Shown here in pieces: positions 12,261 to 24,149 of a stretch of 64,000 bases of DNA. The notes beneath the pieces are model-generated. The model was not told the DNA's origin, searched no databases, and saw only the letters and a program-made list of their open reading frames with translations. This DNA is from Octopus vulgaris. Taxonomy: Eukaryota. Each line of letters begins with the position of its first letter. Position 1 is the stretch's first letter. The translations under genes and the position numbers were made by a program. Location of the stretch: positions 46,438,001 to 46,502,000 of the forward strand of contig OX597818.1 in NCBI GenBank assembly GCA_951406725.2. Direction: 5' to 3'.

Positions 12261-12610
12261 ATCTATACATATAAATTTGATATAGGCGATTCTTTCTTGT
12301 CTTGTGATTCACGGTCAAATGGCTGCGTGAAATTGCTCGAAAAATTATACCGATGTGTAGAATGATCCTGTGGTGTTGTTGGGCTTTATATTTTTCCATA
12401 GTACTCATGGTTACCAAGATAATCTACTATAATAATACTCTTGTGTTTATGAATGAGAAAGGAAGGGGAGGTAGATGAATAAGGAAAGAAAGGGTGATGT
12501 CATACTTGGTAGTGAGATGATGAAAATAGTACGCTGAAAAAAATAAATCAAATAGCGTTTTAACTCTTTGTAAATATATGTCTGTGTATGTAAAAGGGGG
12601 GAGTATGTGA

Positions 12611-12645
<35 letters not shown>

Positions 12646-13139
12646 CACAATGGAAGTGGGATTTCGTGTAAAGTCTTTCTTTGTAGTGTTTCAGTTATTT
12701 GCTTTTCAGTTTCAGATGGGTGTTTTTTCTTTTGGTTTTTAAATTTTGTGTAATATTTCGCACTGAGGTTGAAGTATTCAATGTTTTCCAGTCATTATTT
12801 TTTTAATTGTTTTTTGACCTTTGAAAATTTAAAAGATTTTTTACCTATTTCTTATTTCTTTTAATTTTTGTTTTATTTTTCATGTTTGTTTCTGTTGTTT
12901 TGCATCTTTGTTCGCTTAGTATTTGCATTTATTGTTTGATTTGGTTGAATCTTGATTGTTTCTTTTTTTTTTTTTTTGCTGGTCAGTTATTTTTAGCGTT
13001 TTGACAGAAAAAAGTCATTCTAAAATTGTTTTTTTAATGTAATCATGCCCAAGAAAGTTGAATGCTTACACAGAGTAGGTTTTACAACCACATCATCCAA
13101 ACTGACTATGTGAAACCAGGTTTAGCTATTAGTATACTA

Positions 13140-13140
<1 letters not shown>
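12261..13140 (+). mobile_element. Probable non-autonomous Helitron-like element
   Basis: Begins atctatacatataaa (5' TC) and ends gtgaaaccaggtttagctattagtatactag (CTAG); decayed. Confidence 0.35.
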
Positions 13141-13176
<36 letters not shown>

Positions 13177-13216
13177 TGCAGCGTGGAAGGTGTTTGTAAG
13201 CCAGTAAGCCATTTAA

Positions 13217-14298
13217 CCCTTTCGTTACCAAACCGCCCAAAGCCGCCCGAAAAAAATTTTGGTTTATGAAACCAAACCGCCCAAAGCCGCCCGAATTTAC
13301 CTATTCATATTTAAATGAGAATATCAGAGCAAATCTCTTCAGTACATTCGTGAAAACACGTATTATACTTCGTAAACAGTTCAACTACTGTTTTGTACAA
13401 TAATCGAAGTATAATTTTAATTCCCTGAATTTTGGGAGATTTTTTTCCGAAATTTGTTCCTATTGTGTTTTCAAAATTTGTAATTCTGACAAAAAATGGA
13501 TACGAATTTCATTATATCAAGCAGCGAGTCAGAATTCGAAGGATTTTCTACTGAAGACCTTCATAAATCTAACTCTATGACTGAAAAAAAAAAGCACATG
13601 GTATTTGATAATGAATTTGATGTTTCATTTTCCGAAAGTGAAAACAGTGAATCTGAGATCTCCGATAGCGATAAAGAAAACGAATTGGCACCTGAATGGA
13701 GTGAAAATTTAAAAACTGTTTCTTTCGGTGATTTTTCTGCAGAAACTGGACCAAGCCACAGACTTTCCCAGAAGGGTAAAGCCTTAGGCTATTTCTATTT
13801 ACTTTTTCGAATGAGCCTATTTGAAATCATTACAGCGAAAACGAACCGTTACGCTAAACGTAAACAAAACGAAAGAAAGGATAGTTTGTTATTTCCCACA
13901 ACCTTAAATGAAATTAAGGCCTATTTTGCCATAAATATTATTATGGGTATCAGAAAGTTACCCAGAATAACAAATTCTATCGTAAAATTTTGTTGTATAC
14001 CCAATTGAATATTAGCTAATATTTTCTATAGCGATGTTTGAACAAAATTTTAATAATTTTATATTTTGTGGAATTTACCTGTATCTACCTGCAAATAGAG
14101 TCACTTTGTGACAAAAATTATAGTATAGAATTGGTTGAGAATATTTCATTAAATTATCTTCCAAAAATCAGATTAATATATCGATAAATAAAAAAGTTAT
14201 ACTTGTTTAATGAAACCAGACTAAATTTATGATTACGTTAGAAATTAATTGAAACATATAAGGGGTGTAATTTGGTCAGAAATATAGTAACGAAAGGG
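13217..14298 (+). mobile_element. Internally deleted piggyBac transposon (1082 bp)
   Basis: TTAA at 13213-16 and 14299-302; TIR ccctttcgttac(c/t)a; subterminal direct repeat ccaaaccgcccaaagccgcccga twice; transposase N-terminal ORF. Confidence 0.92.
13496..14008 (+). pseudogene. Truncated piggyBac transposase N-terminus (PGBD-like, 170 aa, lacks DDD core)
   Basis: Acidic SSSESEFEGF N-terminus, W..F...GP, YFYLLF, TNRYA, TLNEIKAYF..IIMGIRKLP. Confidence 0.85.
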
Positions 14299-14347
14299 TT
14301 AAGAAACACACAAAAGCCGTTCAATTCACATCAACATTTAAGTTTAA

Positions 14348-14397
14348 TTTGTCAAAATATTTTCGTCGCTAAAATCCGCGACCTGTTCACCGACAAA
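14348..14397 (-). ncRNA. Minimal type-I hammerhead ribozyme with G3:C8 core variant
   Basis: UUUGUCG-GUGAACA-G-GUCGC-ggauuuua-GCGAC-GAAA-auau-UU-UGACAAA: 7-bp stem I, 5-bp stem II, palindromic AAUAUU stem III. Confidence 0.7.
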
Positions 14398-14910
14398 AAT
14401 ATTTTGACAAATTAAACTTAAATGTTGAAGTGAATCGAACAGCTTTTGTGTGTTTCTTAAATGGCTTACAAACACCTTCCACGCTGCAATTGTTTTCGTT
14501 CCAGCACACGATCTCAGATCAAATCACTTGCTATGCGAGTACATCTCCTATACATATATATATATATATATGTATCGAAACAATTTGTTAGCCTTTTATG
14601 GTTTCTTTAATAATTGTTTATGTTATATAATATTATGTTATATTATATTCTTAATATATCATGTAATATTATAATATAAATAAATTATTGGATTGTCAAT
14701 AGTATCTCTCTATTAAATTTATCTTTCTAATTGCATTATATCCATATTTATATGGTTTTCAACTGACGTACCATTGAAATGGATGTTTAACACATCCCTT
14801 TGAAGGATTTCTTTTCCTCAATTTGTTACTATATATATGTGTGTGTGTGTGTGTGTGTATGTGTATATGTCCACACACACATACATATAATAATGGACTT
14901 TTTTATAGGT

Positions 14911-14955
14911 GTACCCGAAGAGACTCAGAACAATGGGTCAAAACATGTGTTGTAC
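14911..14955 (+). ncRNA. Decayed minimal hammerhead ribozyme (U4C, G12A)
   Basis: GUAC-CcGAAGA-GACUC-agaacaau-GGGUC-aAAA-caugug-UU-GUAC. Confidence 0.5.
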
Positions 14956-14969
14956 TTAACATATACATA

Positions 14970-15331
14970 TGTTCAGTCCCACTGCGTGGCATCTTGGGCA
15001 AGTGTCTTCTACTATAGCCCCGCGCCGACCAATGCCTTGTGAGTGGATTTGGTAGACGGAAACTGAAAGAAGCCTGTCGTATATATGTATATATATATAT
15101 ATGTGTGTGTATGTGTTTGTGCGTCTGTGTTTGTCCCCTGAGCATTGCTTGACAACTGATGCTGTTGTGTTTACGTCCCCGTCACTTAGCGGTTCGGCAA
15201 AAGAGACCGATAGAATAAGTACGGGGCTTACAAAGAATAAGTCTTGGGGTCGATTTGCTCAACTAAAGGCGGTGCTCCAGCATGGCCGCAGTCAAATGAC
15301 TGAAACAAGTAAAAGAGTAAAAGAGTAAAGA

Positions 15332-15333
<2 letters not shown>
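14970..15333 (+). mobile_element. SINE family B, 5'-truncated
   Basis: gttcagtcccactgcgtggc...gactgaaacaagtaaaagagtaaaagag, followed by (TA)n. Confidence 0.88.
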
Positions 15334-15414
<81 letters not shown>

Positions 15415-16806
15415 TGTATGTATGTATGTATTAATGTTTGTTTTGTGTGTTTAGTTCTGTATAAAAACAGTCAAACATTAAATAGAAAGGTCAATCAATG
15501 GCTTTCAGTAGGATAAACATACTTCATTTTTGCAAGGGAAAGGTTAACACTCACTTTGATGTTTCAGCTATGTAATCATAATTGGGAGCTTTAGTGTTAC
15601 TGTGATGAAAGAAAGAAAATAATGATAACTACCTTTCTATTATCGAATTTGCTGAGTTGTTTAGGTCTTTTATTGTATATTATTGTAACTTTGCTATTTT
15701 ATTCTACCTCCCTGAGTGATAGTTGCTAAATTGCCATTGTTTTTTCTTAACATTCTTGAGTAAATGTTGAGACTTGTAATGCTGTGTGATAAAAGTAATG
15801 ATGAACTACATATTCTAGATAATAAGAAAATCTATTGTCTTTCTATATAAATATTCTGCCTAATTTTCTTTGTATTGTGTATGTTACAAAGTATAAAAGG
15901 GAAAAAAAAAAATTTTGTGAATGCAAAATAACTTTCAGATTGCCAAAGAATATTAAAACTACTTTATAGCAAATTTGAATTATTTAAACAATTCAAAAAT
16001 TGTATCATAACACATCGTCAGGTGTGTCATATTCTTTGAATATGTCATTCGAACTTTTACGTGAAAATTAATTTGCTTTTCCTGTTTGTAGATTATTTTA
16101 AAATTTTCTTTTCTTGCTTTAATTCCTTACCACAGATGACATCGTGATATCTTTTTATTATCTCCCTTGAATTTAAATATATACATTATATATATATATA
16201 TATATAAAATAATTTTCAAATCTTATCAGTAGAATTGTTTTCTATGCATTAAAATTCTATCTTATGCATCATATCTAGCTGTAATCTGTATGTGAAAAAC
16301 TGGGGATTATTTTTATCATGAAAAATTATTCAGTGAAGTTCATGTTAAGTTTGCGTGGCTGAAGAAGAGGAATCAAAATGTTTTAGGTTCTTTCATTTGT
16401 GAAAGAGAAACATTTTTTTTCTGTTTTAAGGATTCATTTTTTTTTCTTGAGTTGAAGGACATTCGCGAGACCCCATAATCATCTTTTCCCACACGGGATA
16501 CAAACTTATCCAAATTCACTCCCCACAAAAATCAGACTCATTATCTCACAGCATTTTATTTTTAATTGATTTAAATTTTGATATTGTCTTCCCTGCCTTT
16601 CTTGACCAGAGTTTATAATTATACTTGATTTTTTAAACAATCTCAACGAGTATAAATTGTAATCAAAATTAATTATTATGCATATTAACAAACAGAATAT
16701 GAGCACTTGAAACAAGGGAGGCAACTCTTCGTAACTTATTGGTACCTTCCTAAAGCAAGAATTTTATCCTGAATTTTATCACTGCCTTATCAATAAAAAT
16801 CAGATA

Positions 16807-16868
<62 letters not shown>

Positions 16869-16875
16869 ACGCACG

Positions 16876-16916
<41 letters not shown>

Positions 16917-17038
16917 ACAGTCAATTCAAGTAATATATATAACGTTGGTATAATTATATATGTATACCCCTACCAACCAGCCATGTAGCCAGCCGATTGC
17001 AACTGGGGTGCTATCTTGGTAGCTGGGAGTGCTGAACA

Positions 17039-17502
17039 AGGGTACGGACAAAAGCCCTTACTTAAAGTGTGAAAGTGGACAAAAGCCCCATGCTTATATT
17101 TTTCGTTTTTTTTTTTTGTTTTGTTTTTTTTCACATTTGTCGGCGCCTAGCCTGGTCAAAACTTCTGAAATATTTCATTTTTATTTTCATTTTACTTGTT
17201 GCAATCATTAAACTGAGGCCATGCTGGCGCATGGCCTCGAAAATCTTTTAGTAGAATGTATCGACTCCAGTATTTTTTTTAATGATTTTCAACAAGAACA
17301 TTGTAAAGCCTAAAAGGTATTTCCACATGCTAGAGATAACAGCCTAATCTTTAAACATTATTTTTATATAATTTCAAATAAACAAAAACGGAAACCGCGG
17401 TTGTAAAAAAACCCAAACACTTTCATACTTTAACTATGGGGGGTTTGTTTGAGGGACTTTTGTCTTAGGGGGCTTTTCCTAAGGGTCTTTTGTATTACAT
17501 CT
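17039..17502. mobile_element. MITE with ggacaaaagcccc subterminal repeats and 8-9 bp TSD
   Basis: Flanking direct repeat (t)gctgaaca at 17030-38 and 17502-10; ggacaaaagcccc twice on the left, gg(a/g)ctttt repeats on the right; SINE B 3' fragment inside at about 17195-17275. Confidence 0.65.
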
Positions 17503-17825
17503 GCTGAACAGAACTCCAAAAACCGTACTGTTTATGAAATTTGATTATGTCTCTGTTGTGTGGAAATAGAACACCTCCAAGGTAGAACGGATGGATTAGT
17601 CCACCTGGATAAATATGGTAGAGTAATGCCAATGGGTTGACGGACCCGACAGCTCATGAGCAATGTGTCGACTTGGGAGTTCGAGTAGTACCAGTGAGCA
17701 GAGAAGCATCTAGTACTATCTCTTAAACGGACTTAATGTATTATTTTATTATGTTGTACGAGAACTGTACGACACAAGTCTCTCAAAAAAAGTCAGGACT
17801 TGAAATAAAATCAGGTTACATTTAT

Positions 17826-20080
17826 TTAATACAACTGCAATCTACGGCAACGCAAGGCAAAAAATTTAAGAATATCGTCCTTCTCTATACTTGATTTGTA
17901 TTTATTAAGAGAAGCAAGTATCGCTAGGTTTGGTTTTCGCTGGTGTTTCATATTTGGTCGAAAGGGTGTCATAATTCGAGTTAGCGTCGAAAACAATGAT
18001 TCACATGTAGCTGTGCTAGATCCAAATGTTAATGCTGCACCATACAAAAGATAAACATTTGGAAAGGCATCCTGTACAATACGTAAAGATCCCAAAATAT
18101 CGTGCAGTATCATCATATTTTGTTTGGAAATGTATGCTTTTGCCACAGTAATTTCAGAAAGTAAGACCGATTTATCACAATTAACTAAATTGCTCACAGG
18201 TTTTAAAAGCATCAAAATCCAAAAATGTCTCGGACGTTGGTAGTAGATTTGCCAAGGAAGAATATATACTATCGTTTTGCTCTGAAAATCTATATCTAGC
18301 TCTCCTAAGCTTTCATCGATGATCACGAAATAAATTGTGCGATGATCCAGTCATCTTGTGATGGTACCAGGGTTTTAACAACATAATCTGAAAAACGTCG
18401 AGACCCGCAAGCTTTTCGACACATGCATTCCTCAATAACATTAAATCGACTCATTTGTTTCAGAATCTCATCAAATATTAAAGAGTTTCTAAGTTTGGTT
18501 ATTTCACTCTTGGCAATTTTAAGAAGTCCAAGGCCATGGTATATATCACATTTGTGACTCTGAAGCTGTTTGTCTACTGGTCCATTTACATGCAGAAATT
18601 TGCTAAGAACAAAGGCTAGAAAAACAAACCTTGGGGAACGAACTTGATGTAAAATTCCAGTTGCCTCTATACACGTTTTTGAATCTGACGAATCTGTGCA
18701 TTCACTTAGCAAACCAACAATTTTGGAGTGATTTTCTATTACAGAAGCAATGGCAGTGAAATGACCCGACCACCTATGCTCCATAGGACGTGGCAACTTC
18801 AATCCTTTCCAGAGACTAGCTATCTTAGGCCGTTTAATAAAATTATGAAGAATATTAACGGTGTCAAAGAACGTAGCTAACTCCGGAATCCGCTTTATTG
18901 TGTTAACCACGACAAGATGCAACTGGTGATTAAGACAATGAACATAAGGTATATTTTTCTCAAGTCGATTCTGAATCTTTCTTTGAATGTCACCTATTTT
19001 GCCAGGCATCACAAAAGCATCATCAAAGCATTGTGACAACATACGCTTTGGGTCAATGCAAAGGTTGGTTAATTCCTTAATTATCAAGTCGGCCAATGTT
19101 TCAGCATCATAATGTTGGGTAGTTGGCATCGCAACTAACTTTTCCAGAACCCTGCTGTTTTGCAAGTACCTAATAACAATTGCAAGATTTTCAGTATTAC
19201 TCAAATCACGCGTTCTGTCACATTTCAGGGTAAAGTAAGGAACATTGAAACATTTTATTTCATCGACCACGAGGCTGACAGTGTGTCTTCTCAACAATTC
19301 GATGATTTCGTTTTGCAGTGCTGCTGAGGTGTAGGTCGCATTTTTTGGAATCGTGCTGTAACATGCCATTAGCTTTGAGTCTTTCTCTGATGTGTACTGG
19401 AATAATTTCATAAAAAGACCACAAGGCTGCGTGTCATCTTCCGAATAAAGATCCTAAAAAGCTTCATTTACGTTTCCTCGAAAAGGAAATTCGTTTGCAC
19501 AAAGAAAATGAACAATATCAGCAATGGAACTGATATAATAACGGTTTTTGCTCAACTGATCATTTTGCAAGATTGAAGACACGGATGTTGTTGTAGATAA
19601 ACGCTGTTGGCGGATTGCAGAGTTGGCGTGCTTATTTAAACCTTTGTTTTGTTTTCTTTTGCATAATGCCTATTAGAATATCCATTTTTAATTTTAAAAA
19701 AGTATCAGCTTGAGCAAAAGTATTAAAGTGCTGACAAGCAAAACAAAACAAGGCTTTCTTTGAAAGAGAATACTCTAACCATGGACGATCAGTATACCAC
19801 AATAAAGCGGATTCCGGAGTTAGCTACGTTCTTTGACACCGTTAGTCACGTCTCTGATTTCCATAAAATTTTTGGATCAAACTTTGCTAGAACTGGCTGC
19901 ACTGATGTGCAGTTGACCTGTCCTAGATCATCCAATGAGGATGTCAAAGACTTTGCAAGACCTCCCTTGAGCTGCGAAACTTCGTTTGCAATTCTCTTCC
20001 GTTTAGCATTATTAGATTAATCAGATTGGAAATTCAGCAATGATTGCTTCAGTTCTCTTTTTCAGTAGTGATTCATTATT
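17826..20080 (-). mobile_element. hAT-superfamily transposase (ZMYM1/THAP12-like: TTF zinc finger, DUF4371, hATC), disrupted
   Basis: WLEYS..FCFAC; NATYTSAALQNEII; CDRTRD; QCFDDA; YVHCLNHQLHL; HRWS; CESLFSTL.RI.T..R; ORFs 18323-19411 and 17826-18326 offset by a frameshift; termini not located. Confidence 0.88.
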
Positions 20081-20902
20081 TTTGGGCACTGATATTCGCA
20101 ATAATTAATTTTAAGGTATAATATCGTAGTAACAGTAACAATTTCTTAAAATCTATGTATTTTAAAATTAAACTCGTAAGAGATTTCAGTTCAAGCAATT
20201 TTTTTCAATTTCTTCAAAGTTATGCTTTTTTTTAGTTAAACACAAAATGATTTCAGTATTTAGTGTGATTATTTTGTAAAATAGTTTGTAACGTAATATA
20301 TTAGAGTATAGCTGGTGAATAGATATTCTATAGTTTGTTAATGTTATTCTTAAAGCTAAATTATATCTTCACAAATAAATACATTTTTCTATCTATTTAC
20401 TCTATTTTTTTACCTTAGGTTTTTAACATGATAAATGTATTATAGGTACCTGGTCCTACTGTTTAAGTTTCAAATTTAGTTAATGTAATTTCTTCTATAA
20501 GAACAATCATGATTATATTTCTTCAAGAAATATTGTTTAATTCTATTTGATTATTTATTTAACTACCGTTGTTATTATTGTTGACATGAGGAGTGACTAT
20601 ACTTTTAAATTGAATTGTTTTCGATTAAATTTAAATGTAATTCGAATTTAAATTACAGCCACGAAACGTACGTAGTCTTTTTCCTTATTATATATTGTTT
20701 ATTCATTTTTGTACTTTTTGTGATCTAGTTATATGTTTTATAATATATTTTATTTTTTCTTTATGACTTGGTTTATGTCTATCATTTTTTTGAATTGCAT
20801 AATAGTGGTTTTTCTCTAATTTATATATGTATTATATATTTATATTGTGAAATCTGATTTAATACGAAATTGAATTTTTCCCTGTAAGTTTGGAGTTATA
20901 CT

Positions 20903-20981
<79 letters not shown>

Positions 20982-20984
<3 letters not shown>

Positions 20985-21997
20985 CGTGTCCCTCCTAAAA
21001 CGTATACACACTTTAGCAGCTGATAATTCAACTGATGTCTTTTTTTTCTTTCCAGATTAAACCGATTGGAATTAATGACTGCAGTAAGACTAAGCTTTGA
21101 ACAAAGCAAATTCATTCTAAAATGCTACTGGAAGTGTGAAAACGCAGTTAAAGTGCAAAGACAGTTTAGGAGGGAGTTTCAAACAGATCCACCAACGCGA
21201 CTTGCCATCGCTTGAATTAGAGATGAGTTTGAAGCCGATAGAACTGTTCAGAATATCCACGAGAAGCGTTTCGGAGGACCACGAACATCGGCAACCCAAA
21301 CAAAGCAAGAAGGAGTGCTGGAAATGTATCATCAAGGTTCAAGAAAATCTGTGCGGCAAGTGAATCATGAGGTAAGTATTTCAAAATCATCTGTCCAACG
21401 CATTTTCAAGTGTTGTCAATTGAAAAGTTACGTTCAAAGATTAGTCCATGCTATTAATGACGATTATCCAGACCGAAGAGTGCAGTATTTCGAATGGTAC
21501 TTGCCACGATATGTAGAAGATGCACACTTTCCAACAAAGACTGTGTGGAGTGATGAGGCCTCATTCAAATTAAATGATTTGATTAACCGGCACATTTGCA
21601 CCTACTGGGGACATGAGAATCCGCATGTTATGGTGGAACACCATGCTAATTTAACAGGAGTTACAGTGGGGTGTGGCTTATCATCAAGAGGTTCAATTGG
21701 ACCATGGGAATACCTAAAAGACAAAGTCTACGCTATGAAACCTGCAACAGTCGCTGATTTGAGAGTAGCCACTGAACAAAAATGCACACAAATACCAAAC
21801 GAATTGTTTCGTGATGTTTGCGATTCCATTGCTTCACGTTTTCGGCACTGCCTGGACCAGAACGGACGTCAGTGTGAAAACAGGCGTTGACAAAACAATA
21901 AAATAATGTCTATAGATTCTATTAAATTTTGAAAATGAAATGTATTTTAATAAACACCTACTTTACAATTATTTAAAGTGTGTATACATTTTGGGGA

Positions 21998-22003
<6 letters not shown>
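20982..22003 (+). mobile_element. Tc1/mariner element (DUF4817-type HTH), internally deleted, in (TA)n
   Basis: TIRs cagcgtgtccctcctaaaacgtatacacacttta / taaagtgtgtatacattttggggaccc; ATG 21075 with one in-frame stop; WSDEASF...IGP joined directly to WEYLKDKVY, so the second catalytic D region is deleted. Confidence 0.88.
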
Positions 22004-22090
<87 letters not shown>

Positions 22091-22169
22091 TGTGTGTGAT
22101 GTGCGTTTAATAAATTTGACTCAGCTTTATGGGCGTAGAAAACGTGCATATCATTAGATGTTCGGAGTC

Positions 22170-23254
22170 AGAATGGACGGAATTTAAAAGAAACTTAAAA
22201 TGGGTGTAGGTGAGGGTATTTAGTCCATTGGTCAGTACAGATCAAAGGTTGTTTTGACTATTTTAACAACATCGATTCTTTTATTGGATCCCCTATGTAG
22301 TGGATCCACACTCTACAGATCGCAGACTAACGGACGCCAACATACTCTAAGCTCTATGACCTGAAGCATGCAATGTAAGAACTGAAGTTGCCGAAACTTC
22401 ATACCCTAGAGAATACTGACAACAACATTTTATCAGCTCTTCCATGTGAGGAATTCAGTAATTCGATGTTGCTAAAACAACTGTTTCACCTGAACTGATC
22501 TCGTTTTGAGTATTGACTTTTTTAAAACCTCAGCAGTTGACAACGAATTTGAAGGAGAGAAGTATGGAGTTTGCTCCGATTTGCTGGAAGAATGCTGATG
22601 ACAAGGGATGAAACATGTCTATATCTTTGTGATCCAGATACGGATCATGAAAATGTTTCTCTTCTCCAAGACCTAAGAAGTCCAAGAGCAAGCAATCGGC
22701 ATAGAGAATCATAGTGACTGGTTATTGACATGACAACGGCATCCTTCTCCGAGATTTTCTGGAATTTGGCTGGATCGGGTGCAGCAAGCTTTGAGAAGCC
22801 ATTAAAAGGAAGATAGCAGAGAAGAATCTGAAAACGATTCACATTCATGCGCGACCACACACATCTTTGGTAACAAATCAGGCAATCATCAAACTGGGTT
22901 TGTCCTCTATCCACGATACAGCCCGAATCTCGTACGTTCCGTCTTCCACCTGTTCGGTCCAATGAAGGGCAGTCTTCGGGGAACAGCGATTTGATGATAC
23001 AGACGAGGTCAAAGTGACTGCAAAGGAATTGGTACAACAAGGCAGACTTCATTTTTTTGTCAAAGAGAATTCAAGAGTTGGGTTCAACGCTGGTTTCCAT
23101 CACAAACAAATGCATTGTTTGAGACAGTAACTAATGTTGAGTAGCACGCTTGTATAGAGGAAGAGTTACTCTCCCAATATGTGTAATTTGAAGGAGCAAT
23201 GTCAATTAATAAAACGGTTATGCTCACTTTTGCATTATTTTCGGTATGAACTCC

Positions 23255-23259
<5 letters not shown>
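22170..23259 (+). mobile_element. Highly decayed mariner (Mos1/SETMAR-like) transposon
   Basis: Remnants of TRDET, RPKKSK.KQSA, ARPHTS, YSP.L..S.FHLFGPMK..LR..RFDD.DEVK across frames. Confidence 0.7.
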
Positions 23260-23336
<77 letters not shown>

Positions 23337-24149
23337 CACACACACACATATATATACACACACACACGAATGCATGCGTTTGTGTCCTTGTTTGTTTGTG
23401 TGTGTGTGCGTGCGCGTGTGTGTGTATGTGTGTGCGTATTTTTGTGAGTGTCTTAGTTTTTAGCAGCTCAGGCAGAGCATGGGGGCTCGATTAATAACAT
23501 TTGAGATTAAAGCACTATTGACGCATAGAATTGACATGACACGACACTTAGACAGATTACAGGAGCTACACACATAACAGTAGACAGACCGAGCCTCAAT
23601 AGAAAACATGAATGGAACAGTAACATCCACCACCACACCACATGACTAAAGATAGTAGAAATGTTAGTATTTGAGCTTACGGAGCAAATGTCAAGTACTA
23701 CGCCATGTCGTTTCCGAATTTCTGGCAGAGTGAATTACGTCATGGTGCTGTTTTTCTTACAGACAGTGCCCAACTGACCCTACTATGCAGCGTAGTCGGC
23801 AAAACCAAAAACAATACGCATACGCTAAATCAAAATTATAAAAGGGTGGCAATTTACCCATCACACCCTGTACATACACACGCACACACACACACACACA
23901 CACACGCATACATATATACATACATACATACTGTTACACATTCATATGTATGTGTTTGCGTATGCCAAACTACATCTCCACTCTTGGCACTATTTTGTTA
24001 GTGAACAGTACAACAGTGTGTAAAGTATATAATGTATTACTACGCTGAATGTCGTCGTCCGTGTAACATGTAAAGTCAATAAACACGTAAACATAACAAT
24101 GGTTTTCATTTGGTTGTCTATCCCATCAGAACCCAAACTACACACAACA

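Larger units (their letters stand above)
13172..14550. mobile_element. Penelope-like pseudo-LTR inverted repeat, left arm split by a piggyBac
   Basis: Left arm 13172-13216 + 14303-14363 is the reverse complement of about 14396-14493; hammerhead fold at the centre; flanked by (TA)n. Confidence 0.7.

Noticed and set aside
19760-20020. Plus-strand 86-aa ORF sharing TIKRIPELATFFDTV with the hAT protein
   Set aside because: Artefact of the 47-nt inverted insertion, not a second gene.
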